In this document: one piece after another, positions 1 to 9,751 of the stretch
Layout of the letters: each line of letters starts with the position of its first letter
How positions within the stretch are numbered: position 1 is the stretch's first letter
Assembly (NCBI GenBank): GCA_965248445.1
Contig: CBDFJG010000002.1
Span: 448,001-512,000, forward strand
Source: Planctomycetota bacterium
Lineage (GTDB): Bacteria > Planctomycetota > JAJSAM01 > JAJVHW01
Direction: 5' to 3'
DNA length: 64,000 nucleotides
Notes under the pieces: generated by a model
Databases searched by the model: none
What the model was told of the DNA's origin: nothing
The model's input: the letters and a program-made list of their open reading frames with translations, nothing else
Made by a program: the position numbers and the translations under genes

Positions 1-787
1 GGCGGCGATCGATCCCGAAGGCTGTGGCGTGCTCGCTCTCCGCCGCCCACAGCCAGCACACCCGGCCCCGTTCCTTCCACGACGTCTCGTCCACGTTGGC
101 TCGCAGCGACGTGCGGACTGCCCCGAGGGCTTCGAGGTACGACGAGTGCAGAGCGTCACTGAGCCGACGCTCACAGTCGCTGATCTTGCCCAGCGACATC
201 TTCACACCGAAGATCTCACCGAGCAGCCGCTGCGTCTCCCGCACGCTCACGCGGTACACGCCGCGCAGCGCGCCGGCAAGTGTGGTCAGCCGCGGACCGA
301 AGGCCCCGGTCGGCACGCCATCGGGCAGGACCGCCGTCGTGACCGCACGACAGCGCCGGCACCGCGCCTTGTGCAGCCGGTGCTCCCGCACCGTGACGAG
401 CACGCGCGGGAGCACCGTCACCTGGTGCCGGTACGGATCGCCGATGCCCTGCTCGAGATCGTCGTGTCCGCACGCGTCGCAGAGGTCGGGACGGTGGTCC
501 TTGGTCTCATCGACGTTGGACGGATCCACCAGCTCGCGCGCCGTGCCCTCATGGCCCGGCTGTCCGCCCTGCTTGCGACCGCTACGCGGCCTTCGGCCGC
601 GACGGCGCTTGGACCACGCCGGGTCCGACGACGGAGGCCTCGAGCTGTTGCGGGAGTCACGCTTCAGACGCGACTCGAGCTCGTCGATGCGGCGCAGATG
701 CTTCGCTTCGCGACGCTCCAGCTCCTCGATCCAGGCCAGAAGGCCCTCGACCATCGCCCGCAGATCCTCGTCCTGCCGCTCGCCCAC
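1..787 (-). CDS. IS66-family transposase, N-terminal part (runs off window)
   Basis: GTG start at 787, same sequence as the MGERQDED... ORF at 11090-12490. Confidence 0.9.
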   Translation of the reverse strand, partial: MGERQDEDLRAMVEGLLAWIEELERREAKHLRRIDELESRLKRDSRNSSRPPSSDPAWSKRRRGRRPRSGRKQGGQPGHEGTARELVDPSNVDETKDHRPDLCDACGHDDLEQGIGDPYRHQVTVLPRVLVTVREHRLHKARCRRCRAVTTAVLPDGVPTGAFGPRLTTLAGALRGVYRVSVRETQRLLGEIFGVKMSLGKISDCERRLSDALHSSYLEALGAVRTSLRANVDETSWKERGRVCWLWAAESEHATAFGIDRR

Positions 788-854
788 AACATCTTGATCG
801 ACCGATGGCCGAACGATCTGGATCCTGGCTCGCGACGAAGGGGTGAACGGTTAC
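1..854 (-). mobile_element. IS66-family element, copy 1 (partial, continues beyond window start)
   Basis: Near-identical to the corresponding parts of the copies at 11063-12557 and 55858-57357. Ends in the IR aaggggtgaacggttac at 854 (GTAA terminus typical of IS66). Confidence 0.93.
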
Positions 855-2946
855 CCTCGGGGAGGGTCAGCGGGATGGTCATCGCGACCTCGCGTCCGGC
901 AGCACGGCCACGGACGACCAGTTCTCCCTCGACCGCGGCGTCGTATCGGCCGAAGACAACAAGCGGACGCGTGGAACTCAGGTGTCGCAGCTTGCCGGGC
1001 CGAACGCCGTGAACCGGCAGGCCGTTGGTGTCGACGGAGACCTCCGTCATGAACGGTGCGCCGAGGGACTCGATCATGCGCCCTGCGGCGGCGTTCGCCT
1101 CGTCCGGGTTCTCCCCGACGACCTCGTACTCGCCACCGCCATGCTCGGCGATGCCCTCGATCAGGTAGCGGTTCACGGACGATCCGATACCGAACGCGTA
1201 CCAGCGCGCACCCGCGCCCTTGTCCTTGATCGTCGCGAGGATCGCCGCTTCGTTCCCGACGGCGCCATCGGTCAGGAAGGCGATCGAGCGCGCGTAGTTC
1301 GGGTTGCTCGGCTGATCGAACAGCTTCGCGAGGCCCGAGAGCATCTCGGTGCCGCCGCTGCCCGTGAGCCCCTTCACGTACTCGATCCCCGCCGTCACGT
1401 TCTCGGGTGTGCAGTCCACCGGCAGCTCCCGGAACGAGCCGGACGAACCGGCGAAGCGGATAATGTTGAAGCGGTCGTACGTCCGCGCCTCGCGCAGCAC
1501 GCGCTCGACGATCGCCTGCGACGTCTGGATCGGCACCCCGTTCATCGACCCGGAGGTGTCGAGGACGAACGTCATCTCCCGCGCCGCCGTCTCCGCGTCC
1601 CGCGGATCGAGCGGCGGGATGAGGAACGCCGAGAAGAACCCGCCCCGGTCGCCGCGGTGCGCGACGAACCCAGCGGCGAAGTCCTTGTCTGCCACGCGCC
1701 AGCGAACGATGAGATCGCCGTTCGTGGCAAGGTCGCCGTCTGACAGCCGCACGTGGGCGCGCGACGCGGACTTCTCCTTCACGTCGATGTCATGCGTCTT
1801 GCACGTCACCTCGTGCAGCGTGACACCCGCGTCGATCGAGAGATCGAACATCAGGTCGCGACCGGCGCGAATGCCCTCACGGAGGGTCGGCGGGGAGACG
1901 CGCGACGCGTCGGGCACCTGGTCGGTGTCGCGATGTGTGCCGCCACCGCCTGCGATGTCACCGGAGTCCGACGCCCGTGCGTCGGGCGCGGTCGGACCGC
2001 CGGGCATGTAGCGCGGCATGACGACGAGCGGGAGCACGTACTCGTAGGAACCGCCGTCGTAGCGCAGCTTGTGGAAGTACGTGATCTCGACGTCGATGGA
2101 GGTCCCGGGTGCGATGTTCGCGACCGACTGCGTGAAGAGGTTCGGACGCTCCTGGGTCATCAAGCTCGCGCGAAGTCCGCGCGAGCGAGCCTCGGCGTAG
2201 ATCTGCTCGGCCTGCTCGCGGGGCTTCACGATTCCGAGCACCCGGCGGTCGCCGATCTTCATCGCGAAGCCAGTGACCGCGGCGTCCGCGGGCAGGGGCA
2301 TCGTGTAGACCGCCTCGACGACCCGGTCGAGCGGGTTCGAGTAGGTCTGCGTCATCTTGGTCGTGGCGAGCCACGCTGACGCTTCGGCGTCGACCGCCGT
2401 TCGCGTCAGCGGGAACCTCCGCGGCGCCTCGTTCTCGATCTTCGCCACGAGGCCGGGCTGGATGGACGCGGTCAATCCACTGCTCGCGCGTCCTCCGCCG
2501 CCGGCGCGCAGGTTTCTCCGGCCGCCTCGACGCCCACCGAGGTTGCGCCGCATGCCGCGCCGCCCGCCGAACGCCCCACCCGAGCCGCCGCCGATTCCGA
2601 TCGTCCCGTTGGTGCCCGGACCCGCGAACGGCGCGTCGCTGTCGAAGCGAGGGTCGCCGAGGGACATGGTGTCGTTGTCCGTCTCGTTGTGATCCGAGAC
2701 CTTCGCGTCCTTGATCACCGGGTCCATCACCACGCCCATCTCCTCGATGGCCCGCTCCTCGCACACCGGCGGCGGAGCGATCTGTTCGAGGACGATGACC
2801 TCGTCGTAGTCCGCGGCTCGTGCCAGCAGCACGTGATCGGAAGCGGCGAGGTCGCGATCCCAGACAGCGCGGCTGCGCGCACCTGTGACGAGCAGAGCGT
2901 GGGCGGCGACGGATAGACCGAGGGCGATGAACGTACGAGTCCGCAT
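855..2946 (-). pseudogene. VIT + vWA domain protein, C-terminally interrupted by IS66
   Basis: VIT-like region (TYSNP...EAVYTMPLP...F.MKIGDR) and vWA MIDAS (FVLDTSGSM, GGT, FLTDG). The frame runs into the IS end after ...IPLTLPEG. Confidence 0.85.
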
Positions 2947-3104
2947 GGATTCCTCCGGCTTCGGGGGCTTCCGCCCGCGCGTTCTGCGCGGCGGAGTTCG
3001 ATGCGGCGTGCACGCCTTCGACCGTCACTCAACGGGCGACGCGCAAGATGGTTCGGGACGATGTTCCGCGCGCTAGTCGAACGGGCGGGCGCAGCGGCCC
3101 GCGG

Positions 3105-4127
3105 TCAATCGCGCGCGTCGAACGCCGACAACGCCTGGGACGCGCGGGCGAGGTCCTTGCGCTCGCGAGGTGACAGCCCCTCGATGCCGCCGACCTCGGT
3201 GATGCGGTCGAGCAGCGCGTCCACCTGCGCCTGGAGCGCCGCACGTTCGGACGCGCGCTTCTCCTCGCTCTTCCGGCGCTTGGCCTTCTCCTTGTCCTCA
3301 GACTCCTTTGCACGCTCCTCGATCGCCTTCGAGTCGTAGAGCGCCTTCGCGAACGGATCGGTGTATCCGAAGATCTCGTCGTACTTCGCCCGGAACGCGA
3401 GGCGGCGGCACGCGAAGAAGCCCTCGATCGCGAGCCAAAGCAGGATCACGTCGAAGTGACCCGTGAACACCAGATCGACTCCGCCCACCCAGAACCCCAG
3501 CGACACAAGCCCCGCCAGCACCCAGCCGACCATTCCGACGCGCGCGGCAATGAGTGTCGCCTTGTTGGCGTTCATCTTCAGCGCCATCAGGCTCCGGAAA
3601 ACGCGGCCCCCGTCCAGTGGGTAGAACGGGACGAGGTTGAACAGCAGGAGCGCGACGTGCATGCCGCGATAGCCGGAGAGCATCCACCACCAGGTGGGTC
3701 GCACGAGCTCGGGCTCGAAGAGCAACTCGAGAGGCCAGAGGACAATCAGCCAGAGCAAGTGCGTCGCCGGCCCTGCGAGTGCGATCACGATGTCCTGCTT
3801 CGGTCCGGACGCCTCGCTGTCCAGGTGGGCGAGGCCACCCAGACCACGCAAGGTGATCATGGACGTATCGATGCCGTAGTGGCGACCGGCGACGATGTGC
3901 CCCATCTCGTGGACGTACACGGCCGCGAACAGCCCGAGCGTCCAGGCCAGCCCCCACGCGATCGCGCCGAGCGGTCCCATCCACGACCAGTAGCCCCAGA
4001 TGAAGAACACGGGCCAGATGGCGATGGTCCACGACGCGCGCACGTCGACACGGAACGCGCGAAACAGCGGCCACGTCGTACTCAGTAGACGACGCAGCGG
4101 GCTCTGGAGGAACGGATCCTGCGGCAC
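3105..4127 (-). CDS. Site-2 protease (M50 family) with C-terminal helical tail
   Basis: HEMGH, AGP and NLVPFYPLDGGR motifs, TM segments, C-terminal VDALLDRI...GLSPRER tail. Start (GTG 4127) is a best guess. Confidence 0.85.
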   Translation of the reverse strand: MPQDPFLQSPLRRLLSTTWPLFRAFRVDVRASWTIAIWPVFFIWGYWSWMGPLGAIAWGLAWTLGLFAAVYVHEMGHIVAGRHYGIDTSMITLRGLGGLAHLDSEASGPKQDIVIALAGPATHLLWLIVLWPLELLFEPELVRPTWWWMLSGYRGMHVALLLFNLVPFYPLDGGRVFRSLMALKMNANKATLIAARVGMVGWVLAGLVSLGFWVGGVDLVFTGHFDVILLWLAIEGFFACRRLAFRAKYDEIFGYTDPFAKALYDSKAIEERAKESEDKEKAKRRKSEEKRASERAALQAQVDALLDRITEVGGIEGLSPRERKDLARASQALSAFDARD

Positions 4128-4213
4128 GGCGACAATGCTAGCCGCGGCGGGGAGATACACTCTGCACGGCGAGACCGAGACGAGAGGGTGAGTCAATTGA
4201 GAGGGGACGGGCC

Positions 4214-5185
4214 ATGCGAATGAAGAGCTTCGCGCTGGCGGCGGTGGCCGTCGCGCTCGTCGTCGGCGTGTCCCACGCCAAGGACGAGACCGTGCCGTTC
4301 CCGGTGCACCGCTCACAGATCCTGCGCGCGCAGGGCACCGTGTACACGATCACCGGCCGTCAGACGATCCCGGCCGGCGTCGAGGTCTCGTGCCAGAAGG
4401 ACGTCTACATCAAGGGTGTGGGCACGGGGGCAACGCTCGTCGTGATCGGCTCGCTGCAGGCGCACGGCGTCCACGACCGGGAGATCATCTTCGAGAACGT
4501 CGTCGTCGAGCCCGGCGAGAAGTGCGAGGACCTGCACCTGGACTCCTGCATATTCCGCGGCGGCGGCATCATCTCGCCCAAGGCCAAGCCGGTGAAGGGG
4601 AAGATCTTCCTCGAACTACTCGCCTTCTCGGAAGGCTCTGTGATCGACCTCACCATGTCGTCCGGACACATGGACCTGTCGTCCGTCGAGACCCTCAAAC
4701 CGACGTTCCTGCGATTCATGGAGCCCGAGGGCAGCAAGCGGAACAAGTGCAAGGTCAAGGTGCGCGGGTCGGAGCTGCACGGCGGGCTCCACATCGAGAA
4801 CGCCGCCGACGTGACCGTGCGTCGCTCGTCGATGGGCGGCGACAAGTCCACGTTCAAGGACAACGACATCCTCACCTTCGACGGCAACATGGTGACGTCG
4901 AAGACCCTCGAGTTCATCCAGACCCGCAGCAAGAAGTTCGGGAAGACGAAGATCCTGAAGTGCGACATCTACTCCGACAAGATGGTGGCGCGCGCACCGA
5001 AGAACGAGAAGACCAGCGAGAGGGTCTACGTGGACAAGGGCTACTTCAAGGGGAAGACCAGGGAGAAGCAGCTCCGCACCGGCCTGATCGTCGACGGCAA
5101 GGACGACCCGGAGAACGCCGCAGTGTTCAAGTTCAAGAAGTTCAACGAACGCCCGCTCGAGTTGGCGGGCGCCAAGGTCCGCTGA
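4214..5185 (+). CDS. Exported hypothetical protein, possibly beta-helix-like
   Basis: Signal peptide (MKSFALAAVAVALVVGVSHA), SD gagggg, strong GC3 codon bias. Confidence 0.75.
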   Translation: MRMKSFALAAVAVALVVGVSHAKDETVPFPVHRSQILRAQGTVYTITGRQTIPAGVEVSCQKDVYIKGVGTGATLVVIGSLQAHGVHDREIIFENVVVEPGEKCEDLHLDSCIFRGGGIISPKAKPVKGKIFLELLAFSEGSVIDLTMSSGHMDLSSVETLKPTFLRFMEPEGSKRNKCKVKVRGSELHGGLHIENAADVTVRRSSMGGDKSTFKDNDILTFDGNMVTSKTLEFIQTRSKKFGKTKILKCDIYSDKMVARAPKNEKTSERVYVDKGYFKGKTREKQLRTGLIVDGKDDPENAAVFKFKKFNERPLELAGAKVR

Positions 5186-5189
5186 CCTC

Positions 5190-5657
5190 GTGCGCACGCT
5201 TTCGTGTCTCGCGTTCGTGCTCGCACTCGTGCTCCTCACCGCGTGCGGGGGCAACGGCGACGGCGCAGAGCCCGCCGCCGGCGGGCACGCACACGGCGCG
5301 CCCCGCGGCGGCGTGCTCGTCGTGCTGGCCGAGGAGATCGCGCACGTCGAACTCGTGTTCGACGCGACGAACGGCCAGATCGATCTCTACGGCCTGGGAC
5401 CGCACGCGTCGGAGCCGATGCGCATGGAGCAGGAGGACATCCGGCTGTTCCTGTACCGCGGGGGCGAGGCGATCCGCGTCATTCTCCTGCCGGTCGCGAG
5501 CGAACTGACCGGCGAGACGGTCGGCGACACGTCCCACTACGCCGCGGCGGACAAGCGCCTCGTCGGCGCGGAGAAGTGGAAAGGCCGAATCCAGAGCGTC
5601 GGCATCCGCGGAGACCTGTACGAGCAGGTGAAGGTCGCGTATCCGCCGAGCGAGTAG
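5190..5657 (+). CDS. Lipoprotein with His-rich N-terminus (possible metal binding)
   Basis: Lipobox LTAC, then GGHAHGAPRGG...HVELV. Confidence 0.7.
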   Translation: MRTLSCLAFVLALVLLTACGGNGDGAEPAAGGHAHGAPRGGVLVVLAEEIAHVELVFDATNGQIDLYGLGPHASEPMRMEQEDIRLFLYRGGEAIRVILLPVASELTGETVGDTSHYAAADKRLVGAEKWKGRIQSVGIRGDLYEQVKVAYPPSE

Positions 5658-5810
5658 GGACATTGCGAGCCGGAACGACCGCTCGCTACTCGCAACGGCG
5701 GGCAGATTGCCGAGCAATCTGGGTGACGGTGCCATCGGCCGCACGAGTGCTACCTTGCCGGCGCACGAAGGTGCGGCCCAGAGCGTGGGTTGCCGCGCAA
5801 CCCGCGTGAC

Positions 5811-7361
5811 TCAGAACTGCCGGAGCTTGAACCGTTGGATCTTGCCGGTCGCGGTCTTGGGCAGTTCCTTCACGAACTCCACCCACCGCGGCCGCTTGTA
5901 CGCCGCGAGCTTCTCGACACAGTGCGAGATGAGCGCCTTCTCCAGGTCCTCGCCGCCGTCGTAGCCGTCGTTCAGGACGACGTACGCGTACGGCTTGACC
6001 AGGTCCGACTGGTCCACGCGGCCCACCACCGCGCACTCGACGACCGCCGGATGCGCGATCAGCGCGCTCTCGACCTCGACCGGAGAGGTCCAGATGCCCC
6101 CCACCTTGAGCATGTCGTCGCTGCGGCCGGCGTGCCAATAGTAGCCGTCTTCGTCGACCAGGTACTTGTCGCCCGTGAACAACCACTCCCCGAGGAACGT
6201 CTCGCGGCTGCGCTGGTACTTGTGCAGATACGCCAGCGCCGCGGTCTCGCCCTTCACGAGTAGGTTGCCAATCTCGCCCTGCGGCACCTCGACGCCATCG
6301 TCGTCCACGAGACGCAGTTCGTAGCCGTCGAACGGCTTCCCGCTGCTTCCGGGACGCACGTCGTCAGGCCGGTTCGAGATGAAGATGTGGAAGTTCTCGG
6401 TCGAGCCGATGCCGTCGATGATCGAGACGCCGGTGCGCTCCTTCCACTGCTCCCAGATGGGCGCGGGCAGCGCCTCACCCGCCGACACGCAGAGCCGCAG
6501 CGAAGAGAGGTCGTACTTCGTGTCGAAGTCCGGCGTCGCGAGCGTCATCGCGTAGCCGGTCGGCGCGTTGTAGAGGATCGTCGGCTTGAAGCGATCGACG
6601 GTGCCGAGCACGCTCGCGACGACGCGCGGGGAGCCCGCGAGCAGCACGACGCTGGCGCCCACATACCACGGGAAGATCAGGTTGCCACCGAGACCGAACG
6701 TGAAGAACAGCTTCGCCCCGGCGAACGTCCGGTCGTTCTCCGTCAAACCGAGGACGTTCACGCCCCAGAGCTGTGCCGTCAGGGGGTAGTCCTTGTGCGA
6801 GTGCAGGATCCCCTTCGGCTCACCGGTCGTGCCCGACGAGTAGTTCAGCGAGCAGAAGTCGTCCCGGTGAGTCGGCGCCTGAGCGCACTCCGCCGGCTCG
6901 TCGGCGATCCACCGACTGTACGACGTGTCCCCCTCACGCTCCGGATCCCCGATCACGATCACGTGCTCGATGAAATCCAGCGTGTCGCGCACTTCCTCGA
7001 CCAGCGACAGGAGCCCCGCGTGCACGACCACCACGCGCGGCCGCGCGTCGCGCAGCATGTAGTCGACGTCGTAGGGCTTCGCCATCGTGTTCATGCCGAT
7101 GGCCACGCCGCCCACCTTCATGACACCGAAGAACGTCGTCACCCACTCGGCCACGTCGAACGACAGGATGCCCACGTACTCGCCCTGCCGGACACCCAAC
7201 CGTCGCAGCGCATTGCCCACCTGGTTGGCCTCGGCCGCGACCTCACCGAACGTCATCTCGCCGGCTTCGGAGTAGAGCGCGGTCTTGTCCGCGCGCGCGG
7301 CCAGATTGCGCTCGAGGATGTCGACGCAGTTGTACTGGGGCGGGAGTTCGGCTGCCTTCAT
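5811..7361 (-). CDS. Benzoate-CoA ligase family (ANL adenylate-forming enzyme)
   Basis: YSSGTTGEPKG, KLFFTFGLGG, SAGEALP, DGIGSTE, TGDKY and LPKTATGKIQR motifs. Confidence 0.9.
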   Translation of the reverse strand: MKAAELPPQYNCVDILERNLAARADKTALYSEAGEMTFGEVAAEANQVGNALRRLGVRQGEYVGILSFDVAEWVTTFFGVMKVGGVAIGMNTMAKPYDVDYMLRDARPRVVVVHAGLLSLVEEVRDTLDFIEHVIVIGDPEREGDTSYSRWIADEPAECAQAPTHRDDFCSLNYSSGTTGEPKGILHSHKDYPLTAQLWGVNVLGLTENDRTFAGAKLFFTFGLGGNLIFPWYVGASVVLLAGSPRVVASVLGTVDRFKPTILYNAPTGYAMTLATPDFDTKYDLSSLRLCVSAGEALPAPIWEQWKERTGVSIIDGIGSTENFHIFISNRPDDVRPGSSGKPFDGYELRLVDDDGVEVPQGEIGNLLVKGETAALAYLHKYQRSRETFLGEWLFTGDKYLVDEDGYYWHAGRSDDMLKVGGIWTSPVEVESALIAHPAVVECAVVGRVDQSDLVKPYAYVVLNDGYDGGEDLEKALISHCVEKLAAYKRPRWVEFVKELPKTATGKIQRFKLRQF

Positions 7362-7439
7362 GGGTGTCCTCCGGGGGGCGGCGACTGTACCGAATCCCGG
7401 CCCGCGATTCCGGTCTCAGCACCCCTCACGGAACGCCCG

Positions 7440-7468
7440 TTGACGCAAGGCCGTCCGAACGGCATCCT
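7440..7468 (+). promoter_or_regulatory. Possible sigma70-type promoter for tRNA-Sec
   Basis: TTGACG, 17 bp, CATCCT, about 50 bp upstream of the tRNA. The -10 match is weak. Confidence 0.35.
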
Positions 7469-7517
7469 GCGCGGCCCGCCCGATCTCGGAGCGAGCCTGG
7501 GCGGGACTTCCACCAGC

Positions 7518-7613
7518 GGGAGCAGCTGGGTACCTGGTGGGCCCCCCGGTCTTCAAAACCGGTGTGCCGGGCGATCCCCGGTTGGTCGGTTCGATTCCGA
7601 TCTGCTCCCGCCA
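7518..7613 (+). tRNA. selC: tRNA-Sec (UCA)
   Basis: 8-bp acceptor stem gggagcag/ctgctccc, G discriminator plus CCA, anticodon arm ccggt-cttcaaa-accgg, long variable arm, 5-bp T stem with ttcgatt loop (8/5 fold). Confidence 0.95.
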
Positions 7614-7700
7614 AACGCGCTTAGTGGCGAAGCAGCAAAGGGTTGTGTCGTACGGCCCTCGCGCATGTCGGCGCGATCCGCCGACGTCGTCGAGAGACGC

Positions 7701-7740
7701 GTGTCCCCCAGCGTCCCCCGATGTCCCCCCGAATCCACCG
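7701..7740. repeat. 10-bp-period direct repeats (RYGTCCCCC x3 plus one degenerate copy)
   Basis: gtgtccccca gcgtcccccg atgtcccccc gaatccaccg. Confidence 0.7.
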
Positions 7741-7903
7741 AGCGACTGCTGGATTCCCCACTAGTCGTGGCGCGCCCCGCGCGCCCAAGCGAAACTAGAA
7801 ACTGGCTGCGGCGACGGGCGGTAGCGCATGCACTGTGCTCTGACGCGCTGCTGCCGGTGCGCACTAGCGCACGGGCAGGTCACAAGAGGTCTTTGGAGGC
7901 GGG

Positions 7904-8293
7904 ATGGCTACGGTTGAGCAGTGGGCGGAGCACATCGCCGGCGAGTACTGCGGCTGGTGCAAGGAGCCCGACGAGTGGGACTGGACGGACATCATCGGCA
8001 TCGTCCGACTTGAGTGCACCATGGACGCTGACGGTCAACTCTCGGTCGACCTTCAGAACATGGAGATCGGCACGTGGACTGGGAGATTCCGAGTCGACGG
8101 CAGAGTGCTTGAGGGGACGATCGGAAGCGATGAGAGGCAGGCCCGCTTCGAGCTCAAGTACGCTGCTGTCCGGCAAGTCGACGACAGCATCCGAGTAGGC
8201 TTCCTGGGACAACTGCACGTGTTGCGCGATGGATCGGTCTCGGATCTCAGGTTCGACGGCTACGAAGCTCCGCGACCGTTGGCTGGGGAGTGA
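7904..8293 (+). CDS. Hypothetical protein (island cargo)
   Basis: SD ggagg, 129 aa, protein-like composition, less GC-biased codons than the backbone. Confidence 0.65.
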   Translation: MATVEQWAEHIAGEYCGWCKEPDEWDWTDIIGIVRLECTMDADGQLSVDLQNMEIGTWTGRFRVDGRVLEGTIGSDERQARFELKYAAVRQVDDSIRVGFLGQLHVLRDGSVSDLRFDGYEAPRPLAGE

Positions 8294-8301
8294 GCCGGAG
8301 C

Positions 8302-8494
8302 ATGAACCCGTCCGAACGAACCGGGCTCAGCAAGTTCCTCTCCTACATACTTAGGCACGCCCCAGAGACCGTCGCGATCGCCCTCGATCAGCATGGGTGG
8401 GCTAGCATCGACGACGTTCTGAGAGCGTGCTGCGAATCGGGTCACACGGTGTCGCGAGCGAACCTGTTCGAGACTGTGCGTCTGTGTGACAAGC
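8302..8494 (+). pseudogene. kptA: RNA 2'-phosphotransferase (KptA/Tpt1) 5' fragment truncated by IS3
   Basis: LSKFLSYILRHAPE.....LDQHGWASIDDVL...DK matches the KptA N-terminus. Sequence is cut at the IS3 left IR and the 3' part is absent. Confidence 0.85.
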
Positions 8495-8549
8495 TGGAGT
8501 TCCCCCGGTTCGGTGGACACCCGACCACTGAGGTTGGGAGGATGTCCAG

Positions 8550-8864
8550 ATGCCCAGATCGAGACCACCGTACGACGAGGAGTACAAGCGCCAGATCGTC
8601 GAGTTGCACCGCGCCGGCCGGAGCGTGATGAGCCTGTGCCGCGAGTTCGAGCCGACGGAGATGACGATCCGCAAGTGGATCAAGCAGGCCGCGCTGGACG
8701 CCGGAGAGCGTGACGACGGCTTGACCACCGCGGAGCGCGATGAGCTGCGCAAGCTCAGACGAGATGTGCGCCGGCTGCGCGAGGAGCGCGACATCTTGAA
8801 AAAAGCCGCGGCCTGGTTCGCTCGGGAGACGCGCTCGATCCCAGAGAAGGGTTCGGGTTCGTGA
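8550..8864 (+). CDS. IS3 transposase OrfA
   Basis: HTH plus leucine-zipper ELRKLRRDVRRLREERDILKKAAAWFA. A6G slippery site at 8799-8805. Confidence 0.92.
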   Translation: MPRSRPPYDEEYKRQIVELHRAGRSVMSLCREFEPTEMTIRKWIKQAALDAGERDDGLTTAERDELRKLRRDVRRLREERDILKKAAAWFARETRSIPEKGSGS

Positions 8865-9718
8865 GCGATCACCAGGCAGAGCACGACGTGGCCACCATGT
8901 GTCGGGTCCTCGGCGTCTCGAGGAGCGGGTACTACGCATCGCGCGGCCGTGCGCCCTCGAAGAGAGATCGCGAGGACGCTGCCCTGACCGAGCGCGTCCG
9001 CGAGATCCACGAGCGCTCTCGCCAGACGTACGGATCACCGCGCATCCATGCCGAGCTGCGCTACGAGGGCCTCCACATCGGTAGGAAGCGCGTCGAGCGC
9101 CTCATGCGCCAGGCTGGGATCGAGGGCGTGAGCCGCCGCAAGAGAGCCAAGACCACGAAGCGCTCGCAGCGTCAGGCGCCGGCCGCCGACCTGGTCGATC
9201 GCGACTTCACGGCCGACGCACCCGATCAGCTCTGGGTGGCCGACATCACGTACGTGCCGACCTGGACGGGGTTCCTGTACCTGGCGGTCGTCCTCGACGT
9301 CTGGAGCCGCCGGATCGTCGGCTGGTCCATGGCCACGACGCTCCACACCAAGATCGTGCTGGACGCACTCGAGATGGCCGTGCGCCAGCGCCAGCCCCTC
9401 GGAGTCGTCCACCACTCCGACCAGGGCTGCCAGTACACGTCGCTCGCCTTCGGGCGGCGCTGCAGAGAAGCGGGCGTCAGGCCGTCCATGGGATCGGTCG
9501 CAGACGCCTACGACAACGCCATGTGCGAGAGCTTCTTCGCCACGCTCGAGACCGAGTTGATCGACCGCACCAGCTTTTCGACCAAGTCCGCAGCGCGGTT
9601 GGCGGTGTTCGACTTCATCGAGGGCTTCTACAATCCGCAGCGGCGACACTCCTCCATCGAGGACCTGTCGCCCATCGAGTTCGAGAGGCGGCGACGGCCG
9701 GAGGCCGCCGTATCATAG
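8861..9718 (+). CDS. IS3 transposase OrfB (DDE integrase core)
   Basis: WVADITYV, HHSDQGCQY, DNAMCESFF and FYNPQRRHS motifs. Confidence 0.95.
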   Translation: MSDHQAEHDVATMCRVLGVSRSGYYASRGRAPSKRDREDAALTERVREIHERSRQTYGSPRIHAELRYEGLHIGRKRVERLMRQAGIEGVSRRKRAKTTKRSQRQAPAADLVDRDFTADAPDQLWVADITYVPTWTGFLYLAVVLDVWSRRIVGWSMATTLHTKIVLDALEMAVRQRQPLGVVHHSDQGCQYTSLAFGRRCREAGVRPSMGSVADAYDNAMCESFFATLETELIDRTSFSTKSAARLAVFDFIEGFYNPQRRHSSIEDLSPIEFERRRRPEAAVS

Positions 9719-9751
9719 TCCCCGGGTGTCCACCGAACCGGGGGAACTCCA

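Larger units (their letters stand above)
8495..9751 (+). mobile_element. IS3-family insertion sequence
   Basis: IRs tggagttcccccggttcggtggacaccc / gggtgtccaccgaaccgggggaactcca (TG...CA), orfA and orfB. No matching TSD (aagc vs gagc). Confidence 0.95.

Noticed and set aside
664..854. C-terminal extension of the vWA ORF, and the N-terminal part of ORF 9523-10263
   Set aside because: Both are read-through into or out of IS sequence, not native coding sequence.
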